64,000 bases of DNA from assembly GCA_964383665.1 (NCBI GenBank), contig CAYLHO010000001.1, positions 1,638 to 65,637 of the forward strand, given 5' to 3'. The notes under the pieces were generated by a model. It had not been told where the DNA came from, ran no database searches, and saw nothing but the letters and a program-made list of their open reading frames with translations. Positions 57,761 through 64,000 of the stretch are shown here, in pieces. The translations under genes were made by a program, and so were the position numbers. Numbering within the stretch: position 1 is the stretch's first letter; each line of letters opens with the position of its first letter. This stretch comes from an uncultured Lachnospiraceae bacterium. GTDB taxonomy: Bacteria > Bacillota > Clostridia > Christensenellales > UBA1242.

Positions 57761-59101
57761 ATGAAAAGAAAAATTTTAAGTTGTGTTTTGGCTTTTTGCT
57801 TTTTGATTCCATGTGCAATTGCTTTAACCGCTTGCGGGGCTCATGAACATAACTTCAGTCCAAAATGGGAATCAAATGCAACCCACCACTGGCATGTTTG
57901 CACAGGCGAAGATTGCAAAGAAAAACAAAGCGAAGACGAACATGAATGGGGTGAAGGGGTTATAACAACTGCGCCAACTGCAACCAGCGACGGGGTTAAA
58001 ACATACAGTTGCACTGTTTGCGGCTATGAAAAAACAGAAACAGTTACATTTTTAGAACTTAAACAAGTAACTTCAACTCAATGGGGAAATGCGTTGAGTT
58101 TTTCGGGAATTAATTCATACACATTAACAACGAAAATCCCGGGCAATTCAAACTTTAAATCTGTTATTAAATGTGATGGAACAAAAGTTTACACCAATCA
58201 AATTGGCTATCCAGACGATGCAACAAGCACAAAAGTTTCGGAAGAGTTTTATAGCAAAGTTACATCGGGCAGCGATGTTAAATACTATCACTATTCAAAA
58301 TTATATGGAAGTTGGATTTGCAATGAAATTTCCAGCGCGTTCTATGAACAAATTATTCCAAGCACAATTTTTTCGCTCTTCCAATATAATCAATTTGCTT
58401 TTAATGCGCAAAAAGGAACATACGATTCAATAGCTCCAATCGAATCTATTGGCATTGATTCGGCATCTTTTGAGTTTGTTGAAGGGCGTTTGACCAAAGT
58501 TGTTATGGTTATGGACGTAACAACAGAAATGGAATTTTCATATGAACCCGTTTCATTAACTGTTCCACATGTTCCTGAAAAACAAATTGAAGAAGAAATG
58601 TGGGGCAAGGCGTTGAATTTTGTGGGGGTTGAAAGTTACACAATGTTAACAACATCGCCTCTTAATTCGAAATTTTTAGCTGTTCATAAAGTTGATGAAA
58701 CAAAAATGTATTTTAGGCAAGATGGATATCCAAATGTGGATAATGGATTTGTTGCTGAACGTTATTACGCAACAACTGGTTCGGGCGATAACACTAAATA
58801 TTATTTGTACACGAAAACAGACGGAGTTTGGACTCTTGACGAATGTGAAAAGAGCGAGTATGACGGGAATCGTCCAAACGCGATGTTTGCAGAACTTCAA
58901 CTTAAAGATTTCACGTTTGACACAACAACTTTGAAATATGAGGCTTCAAGTTTAACAATAGGCGGAGAAGAAATTCAACATGTTTCTTTGTCGTTTGAAG
59001 ATAATCGTCTTGCAAGAGCAACATTTGTTCAAGGAGGCATACAAATGGATTTTGAATTGTTATATGATGATGTTACAATAACGCTTCCAACAATTGGCTA
59101 A
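57761..59101 (+). CDS. lipoprotein with N-terminal His/Trp/Cys module and two internally repeated ~170-aa halves
   Basis: LTAC lipobox (Cys24). HNFSPKWESNATHHWHVCTGEDC...YSCTVCGYE. The two halves begin QWGNALSFSGINSYTLTT and MWGKALNFVGVESYTMLTT, and contain similar later blocks (DVKYYHYSKLYGSW and NTKYYLYTKTDGVW). Confidence 0.8.
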   Translation: MKRKILSCVLAFCFLIPCAIALTACGAHEHNFSPKWESNATHHWHVCTGEDCKEKQSEDEHEWGEGVITTAPTATSDGVKTYSCTVCGYEKTETVTFLELKQVTSTQWGNALSFSGINSYTLTTKIPGNSNFKSVIKCDGTKVYTNQIGYPDDATSTKVSEEFYSKVTSGSDVKYYHYSKLYGSWICNEISSAFYEQIIPSTIFSLFQYNQFAFNAQKGTYDSIAPIESIGIDSASFEFVEGRLTKVVMVMDVTTEMEFSYEPVSLTVPHVPEKQIEEEMWGKALNFVGVESYTMLTTSPLNSKFLAVHKVDETKMYFRQDGYPNVDNGFVAERYYATTGSGDNTKYYLYTKTDGVWTLDECEKSEYDGNRPNAMFAELQLKDFTFDTTTLKYEASSLTIGGEEIQHVSLSFEDNRLARATFVQGGIQMDFELLYDDVTITLPTIG

Positions 59102-59190
59102 TAAAATTAAACACAGAGAGGAAAAACTTTCTGTGTTTTTTTGTTCTGTTAATAAAAAAGAAGAACGATTTTTCGTTCTTCAATTTTTTA

Positions 59191-59268
59191 TGGGGTGGAA
59201 GATGAGATTCGAACTCACGACCTCTGGTGCCACAAACCAGCGCTCTAACCAGCTGAGCTACATCCACC
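59191..59268 (-). tRNA. tRNA-His (anticodon GTG) with genome-encoded G-1
   Basis: Minus-strand read G-GTGGATG-TA-GCTC...; anticodon stem CTGGT/ACCAG with loop TT-GTG-GC, T-arm GTGAG-TTCGAAT-CTCAT, 3' CTTCCAC-C-CCA. One T:T mismatch in the acceptor stem (6:67). A GAAGAACG/CGTTCTTC terminator hairpin lies at 59160-59181 downstream on the minus strand. Confidence 0.85.
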
Positions 59269-59395
59269 ATATTTTCAAAACACGTTTAGTATAGCGGGAA
59301 AAAGGGGAGTTGTCAACAATTTTTGAACAAAATTATTTTTAATTAAGTAAAATTAACATTTGGAAATGAGAAACTTTTGTGATAAAATCATATCG

Positions 59396-60727
59396 ATGAA
59401 AAAACCACTTGTTGCAATTGTTGGAAGACCTAACACAGGGAAAAGCACTTTTTTCAACAGAATTTGCGGAAAAAGAATTAGTATAACAAATGATATGCCG
59501 GGCGTAACGCGCGACAGAATTTATGCTGACGCAACTTGGGTTGGAAAGGTTTTCACGCTTGTTGACACTGGGGGGCTTGACAGCAAGAGCGATGATGTTT
59601 TCCAAAAAACAATTCGTTTGCAGGCTCAAATTGCCATCGATCTTGCAGATGTTATAATTTTGATGGTTGACGGGAAAGATGGGCTTACGCATGCCGACGA
59701 GGAAGTTGCAACTCTTTTAAGAAAAACGAACAAAAAAGTTATTCTTGTTGTTAACAAACTCGACAGATTTGAAGTTGAAAACACATATGATTTCTATTCT
59801 CTTGGGCTTGGAGAGCCTTTCCCAATTTCTTGCGAGCAAGGAAAAGGGCTTGGAGAAGTTTTGGACGAAATTGTTTCTTCGCCATGTTTCAAGGATTCGT
59901 TGGAGGAAGGCGAGGAGGACAACAGAATTAAAATTGCTGTTGTTGGGCGTCCAAATGCAGGGAAAAGTTCAATTGTTAATCGCCTTTTGGGCGAGGAAAG
60001 AGTTGTTGTCTCAAATGTTGCTGGAACAACGAGAGATGCAATTGACACACCTTTTAGATATAACGGGAAAGAATATGTTTTGATCGATACCGCCGGAATT
60101 CGCCGACAAAGAAGCGTTGAGCGCGAAAGTGTTGAAGGATATTCTGTTATTCGATCGATGGAAGCGATTAAACGCGCGGACATTGTTTTGATTGTTTTTG
60201 ACGCCAGCCAAGAAATTAGCGAACAAGACGTTCGAATTGCAGGCTATGTTCACGAAGAAGGAAAACCAAGTTTGATTGTTATGAACAAATGGGATTTGGT
60301 TTCAAAAGACGAAGGAACAATTTTGGAGTATACAAAAATGCTTCAAGACAAACTTTCTTTCATGAGCTATTTCAAGCCTGTTTTCGTTTCGGCATTAAGC
60401 AGAAAGCGACTTGAGAAAATTATGCCAACAATTGTTGAAGTTAAGGAAAACAACAGCAGAAGAATTACAACTGGAACACTTAACGAGGTTATTCAAAAAG
60501 CGCTTCTTGCTCAAGAACCACCAACAAAGGCGGGAAGAAGACTTAAAATTTTGTATGGAACGCAAGCAGAAATTTGCCCACCAACGTTTGTAATTTTTGT
60601 TAATGACGCAAGTTTGGTTCATTTTTCATATCAAAGATTTTTGGAAAATCGCCTTCGCGATGCAATAAATTTCGAGGGAACTCCAATTAAGTTGATTTTC
60701 AAGAACAGGAAAGAAAAGGAGCAATAA
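59396..60727 (+). CDS. der: ribosome-associated GTPase Der/EngA
   Basis: Two tandem G domains (IVGRPNTGKST and VVGRPNAGKSS) plus a KH-like C-terminus. The start is moved to MKKPLVAIVG (ATG 59396). Confidence 0.95.
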   Translation: MKKPLVAIVGRPNTGKSTFFNRICGKRISITNDMPGVTRDRIYADATWVGKVFTLVDTGGLDSKSDDVFQKTIRLQAQIAIDLADVIILMVDGKDGLTHADEEVATLLRKTNKKVILVVNKLDRFEVENTYDFYSLGLGEPFPISCEQGKGLGEVLDEIVSSPCFKDSLEEGEEDNRIKIAVVGRPNAGKSSIVNRLLGEERVVVSNVAGTTRDAIDTPFRYNGKEYVLIDTAGIRRQRSVERESVEGYSVIRSMEAIKRADIVLIVFDASQEISEQDVRIAGYVHEEGKPSLIVMNKWDLVSKDEGTILEYTKMLQDKLSFMSYFKPVFVSALSRKRLEKIMPTIVEVKENNSRRITTGTLNEVIQKALLAQEPPTKAGRRLKILYGTQAEICPPTFVIFVNDASLVHFSYQRFLENRLRDAINFEGTPIKLIFKNRKEKEQ

Positions 60728-60731
60728 GAAC

Positions 60732-61487
60732 ATGGAATGGTGGAAATATGTTATTGTTATTGTTGTTTCATATTTTCTTGGGAACATAAATTTTGCAAGA
60801 ATTCTTTCAAAGAAAGTTTTGAAAGACGACATAGAAAAACATGGAAGCGGAAATCCGGGAACAATGAACATGCTTCGTTCGTTTGGATTTAAAGCGGGAA
60901 TTTTAACACTTTTTTTGGACGCGCTTAAAGGCGCGGCGGCGGCTCTTTTGGGGTTTTTCATTTTTGGAGGATTTGAAGGGTCGTATATGAATGTTTGGGG
61001 GCTTCATTCTTCCGCTCAAGGAATGCTTGGGCTTTATGTTGGCGGGCTTAGTGCAATTGTTGGACATAATTTCCCGGTTATATATAAGTTCAAGGGAGGC
61101 AAGGGCGTTGCCTGCATGCTGGGAATTTATGCGGTTTCGTCGCCACTTTGGGTTGCAATTTGTTTCGTTTTTGGATTTATTTATCTTTATATTTTCGATT
61201 ATGCAGCCGTAACTTCATTCCTTTTCATTTCGATTGTAACGTTTATTGAAGCGCTTAAATATACGGGCGTGAATGCAAATTTGCCGGTTACAATTATTCT
61301 TTTTGTTATGTTTTGTTTAACATGGTTTATGCACAGGAAAAACATTTTCCGACTTCTTGTTGGAACGGAAAACAAGGCGAATTTAAAAGCATCGCTTAAG
61401 AAAATGTATTCCAAAAAGGATATTAAACAAGAACAAAAAGAAATTAAACAAGAGAAAAAAGAAGATAAGAAAAAGGATATTGGATAG
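60732..61487 (+). CDS. plsY: glycerol-3-phosphate acyltransferase PlsY with a Lys-rich C-terminal tail
   Basis: GSGNPGTMNMLR, HNFPVIYKFKGGKG and five TM segments. The tail is KKDIKQEQKEIKQEKKEDKKKDIG. Confidence 0.92.
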   Translation: MEWWKYVIVIVVSYFLGNINFARILSKKVLKDDIEKHGSGNPGTMNMLRSFGFKAGILTLFLDALKGAAAALLGFFIFGGFEGSYMNVWGLHSSAQGMLGLYVGGLSAIVGHNFPVIYKFKGGKGVACMLGIYAVSSPLWVAICFVFGFIYLYIFDYAAVTSFLFISIVTFIEALKYTGVNANLPVTIILFVMFCLTWFMHRKNIFRLLVGTENKANLKASLKKMYSKKDIKQEQKEIKQEKKEDKKKDIG

Positions 61488-62873
61488 TTGGACATTAAGG
61501 GGCTTAAACAAAAAAAGCTTAAAGAAAATTTAAAGAAAAAGCAGAGCGAGGAGGCTCGAGTTTTTGTTGACGAAAAAAGCCCATCGCTTTTTAGAAATGT
61601 TGAAAAATGTATTAAATGCGGACGTTGCGTTGATTCTTGCAACAAAGCAACAGGGCTTCGGGAATTTTATGGGACGAGCGATGTTTGTTTGAATTGCGGG
61701 CAATGTACAATTGCATGTGGGGCAAACGCACTTTTGGAAAAGGAAAGTTACTCCAAGGTTTTTAAGGAACTTGAAAATTACGATAAACTTCTTGTTGTTT
61801 CAACCGCTCCTGCTGTTCGGGTTGCGCTTGCGGAGGAATTTGGATTTGCTCCCGGGCAATTTGACGAGGGAAAAATGATAACTGCGCTTCGCATGTTAGG
61901 ATTTGATTATGTTTTTGATGTCACTTTTGGGGCGGATTTAACAACAGTTGAGGAAGCAAGTGAACTTGTTGAAAGGATAACAAAAAAGAATAAGCCTCTT
62001 CCAATGTTCTCAAGTTGTTGCCCTGCATGGGTTAAGTTTGTTGAAACTTTTGAACCGTCGCTTATTGAAAATCTTTCAACAACAAAAAGCCCAATTTCAA
62101 TTCAAGGGGCTATAATAAAAACATATTTCGCACGTCAAAAAAGAATTAAACCAGAAAATGTTGTTCATGTTGTTATTGCTCCGTGCACGGCAAAAAAATA
62201 TGAAATAACACGCGAAGAACTTTCAATTTCCGATGACTATGGCTACATGCCGGGAATTTATGATGTTGACTATGTTTTGACAACACGAGAACTTGCACAT
62301 ATGATCAGGAAACAGAACATTCCATACGGAAATTTGTATGATGGAAATTTCGATCAAATTTGCTCAAGAGGCTCGGGCGGCGGACATATCTTTGGAGCAA
62401 CAGGCGGAGTTACCGAAGCGGTTTTAAGAGAAGTAAATTTCATGATAACTGGCGAAAAGCCAAGCGAAAAACTTTTGAACCTTGAAAATGTTCGCGGACT
62501 TAAAGGGATTAAGGAAGACGCGGTTAACATTGGAGGAGCAATTGTTAAAGTTGCTGTCGTTAGCGGGCTTCGAAACTTTCATGAACTTTTGCAGAAGATT
62601 AAAAGCGGGGAAGCCGACTATGACTTTGTTGAGGTTATGGCTTGCCCGGCGGGGTGCGCTGGAGGAGGCGGACAACCTAAAAAAGTTGATGATTTCGTTA
62701 GACAAAAAAGGATTGATTCGTTATACTTAAAGGACGAACAACTTGAAGTTCGCTGCGCAAATGAAAATCCGGAAATTAAGAAAATTTATTCCGAGTTTTT
62801 GGGGCGTCCGCTTGGCGAAACAAGCGAAATGTTGCTCCACACGCGCTATTTCGATTGTTCAAATAAAAAATAA
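61488..62873 (+). CDS. [FeFe]-hydrogenase catalytic subunit (two F-cluster ferredoxin motifs plus H-domain)
   Basis: CIKCGRCVDSC and CLNCGQCTIAC. H-cluster motifs FSSCCPAWVKF (P1), APCTAKKYE (P2) and EVMACPAGCAGGGGQP (P3). TTG start directly abutting the plsY TAG. Confidence 0.88.
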   Translation: MDIKGLKQKKLKENLKKKQSEEARVFVDEKSPSLFRNVEKCIKCGRCVDSCNKATGLREFYGTSDVCLNCGQCTIACGANALLEKESYSKVFKELENYDKLLVVSTAPAVRVALAEEFGFAPGQFDEGKMITALRMLGFDYVFDVTFGADLTTVEEASELVERITKKNKPLPMFSSCCPAWVKFVETFEPSLIENLSTTKSPISIQGAIIKTYFARQKRIKPENVVHVVIAPCTAKKYEITREELSISDDYGYMPGIYDVDYVLTTRELAHMIRKQNIPYGNLYDGNFDQICSRGSGGGHIFGATGGVTEAVLREVNFMITGEKPSEKLLNLENVRGLKGIKEDAVNIGGAIVKVAVVSGLRNFHELLQKIKSGEADYDFVEVMACPAGCAGGGGQPKKVDDFVRQKRIDSLYLKDEQLEVRCANENPEIKKIYSEFLGRPLGETSEMLLHTRYFDCSNKK

Positions 62874-62885
62874 AGGAGAAAAATT

Positions 62886-63416
62886 ATGGAACTTAAAGGG
62901 ACTAAAACCGAAAAAAATTTAATGGAAGCTTTTGCTGGCGAAAGCCAAGCAAGAAACAAATATACCTATTATGCATCAAAAGCAAGAAAAGAGGGATATG
63001 AGGAAATTGCTAACATTTTTGAAGAAACTGCTGGAAACGAAAAAGAACATGCAAAAATGTGGTTCAAGGCGCTTCATGGCGGAGCGGTTCCAATGACTCT
63101 TGAAAACTTGCTTGATGCAGCAGCAGGGGAGCATGGCGAATGGACAGACATGTATGCAAGAATGGCAAAAGAAGCAAGAGAAGAAGGGTTCGATCGTCTT
63201 GCATATCAATTTGAGGCTGTTGCGGCAATTGAGAAAAATCATGAAGAGCGTTATCAAAAGCTTATTGATGAAATTAAAAATGGCTCAACATTCAAAAAAG
63301 ACGAAGTTGTTGCTTGGAAATGCTTGAATTGCGGACACATACATTTTGGCAAGGAAGCGCCAAAAGTTTGTCCAGTTTGCGACCACCCACAAAGCTATTT
63401 CACAAACAAAATTTAA
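62886..63416 (+). CDS. rbr: rubrerythrin
   Basis: Ferritin-like diiron four-helix part ([13 protein letters not shown]...NEKEHAKMW...EHGEW...IEKNHEERY) plus a C-terminal rubredoxin CLNCGH...CPVCDHP. GGAG RBS. Confidence 0.93.
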   Translation: MELKGTKTEKNLMEAFAGESQARNKYTYYASKARKEGYEEIANIFEETAGNEKEHAKMWFKALHGGAVPMTLENLLDAAAGEHGEWTDMYARMAKEAREEGFDRLAYQFEAVAAIEKNHEERYQKLIDEIKNGSTFKKDEVVAWKCLNCGHIHFGKEAPKVCPVCDHPQSYFTNKI

Positions 63417-63420
63417 TTTC

Positions 63421-63448
63421 AAAACGCAGTTTTGTGGCTGCGTTTTTT
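63421..63448 (+). terminator. rho-independent terminator after rbr
   Basis: ACGCAG-TTTTGTGG-CTGCGT followed by T6. Confidence 0.8.
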
Positions 63449-63482
63449 ATTTAAAAATTTTTAAAAAAGTGGCATTAAACAG

Positions 63483-63511
63483 TTGACATTTGGTTTTTGG
63501 AAGAATATAAT
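63483..63511 (+). promoter_or_regulatory. consensus sigma-A promoter of the hrcA operon
   Basis: TTGACA (63483-63488), 17-nt spacer, TATAAT (63506-63511). Confidence 0.85.
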
Positions 63512-63515
63512 TGTG

Positions 63516-63542
63516 CTAGCACTTCAGAAATGAGAGTGCTAG
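63516..63542 (+). promoter_or_regulatory. CIRCE operator (HrcA binding site)
   Basis: CTAGCACTT-CAGAAATGA-GAGTGCTAG compared with consensus TTAGCACTC-N9-GAGTGCTAA. The perfect 10-bp arms are TGCTAGCACT/AGTGCTAGCA, 5 nt downstream of the -10. Confidence 0.9.
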
Positions 63543-63592
63543 CAATATTTTTTATCTTATTGCATACAATTATAAAGTCGAAAGGGGGAAAC

Positions 63593-64000
63593 TTGAAACT
63601 TAGCGAAAGGAAAAAAGAGATTCTTCTTGCAACAATTGAGGACTATATTAAAGATGCAAGTCCAATAACAAGCAATTGCGTTAAAGAGCGGCATCTCCCA
63701 AACATAAGTTCTGCAACACTCAGGTTTGAACTTAACGCGCTTGAGGCGATGGGGTTTTTGAAACAACTTCACACCTCGGGAGGAAGGATTCCAACAACTC
63801 AAGGTTACAGATTTTATGTTGAGAATTTGCTTAATGGATTTAAGTTTGAGCCATCAAAAATTGATAATGTTAGTGAAATTTTAAGCGAAAGAACAAAATC
63901 TGTTAATGAAATTGTTTCGGAACTTGCAAATTTAATTAGCGAGGCAACAAACTATCCAACGGTTGTTATGATGGACGGCTATGACAATTTGATTATTGAC
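63593..64000 (+). CDS. hrcA: heat-inducible transcription repressor HrcA, 3' end outside window
   Basis: Not in the ORF track because it runs off the window. TTG start after AAGGGGGA. It reads KLSERKKEILLATIEDYIKDASPITSNCV...ISSATLRFELNALEAMGFLKQLHTSGGRIPTTQGYRFYV, the classic HrcA wHTH. Confidence 0.9.
   Translation, partial: MKLSERKKEILLATIEDYIKDASPITSNCVKERHLPNISSATLRFELNALEAMGFLKQLHTSGGRIPTTQGYRFYVENLLNGFKFEPSKIDNVSEILSERTKSVNEIVSELANLISEATNYPTVVMMDGYDNLIID

Noticed and set aside
59073-59294. ORF-track entries 59073-59270 (-) and 59094-59294 (+).
   Set aside because: They overlap the tRNA-His gene and its terminator. They are explained by the tRNA and have no RBS.
1-64000. Alternative genetic code (TGA as a sense codon), as in some AT-rich Firmicute relatives.
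   Set aside because: Well-conserved genes end at TGA where expected; for example, the first ABC subunit ends ...GAA TGA, overlapping the next ATG. Conserved proteins also show no in-frame TGA interruptions. Code 11 fits throughout.

Overview
This is an AT-rich, gene-dense chromosomal segment. By eye, coding covers about 90% on both strands, standard code 11, with TAA as the usual stop. It looks like an anaerobic, endospore-lineage Firmicute (Clostridia-like). Supporting markers are spoIIGA-sigE, a YlmC/YmxH PRC-barrel gene, AddAB, an HrcA/CIRCE heat-shock regulon, an [FeFe]-hydrogenase and rubrerythrin.

Most of the window is housekeeping: ackA (5' partial), rpmF, engB, dnaX-ybaB-recR-argS, plsX, smc, rmuC, rpsU, addBA, dnaB, rnj, nrdR, feoAB, typA, der-plsY and hrcA (3' partial). 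There are also tRNA-Arg(CCT), tRNA-Gln(TTG) and tRNA-His(GTG). Between these sit many lineage-specific secreted or membrane proteins: four lipoproteins, an M6-like metalloprotease, a transglutaminase-like protein with Listeria-Bacteroides repeats, and a Pro/Thr-linker protein.

No CRISPR array, rRNA, transposase, integrase or complete prophage is visible. The items most worth follow-up are:
1. A membrane-anchored coiled-coil protein ending in eight RGRP AT-hook motifs (39061-41715).
2. A dnaX gene whose zero frame stops just after an A9 run, while the -1 frame carries the rest of tau (16943-17293).
3. An orphan but apparently intact phage terminase large subunit between dnaB and rnj, beside a sigma-region-4-like regulator and a degenerate ABC-ATPase/HTH/membrane trio (44763-50171).
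4. A shared His/Trp/Cys extracellular module in three surface proteins.

All calls rest on reading the translations and DNA by eye. No database search was possible, so family names are motif-based and start codons are best guesses from RBS context.
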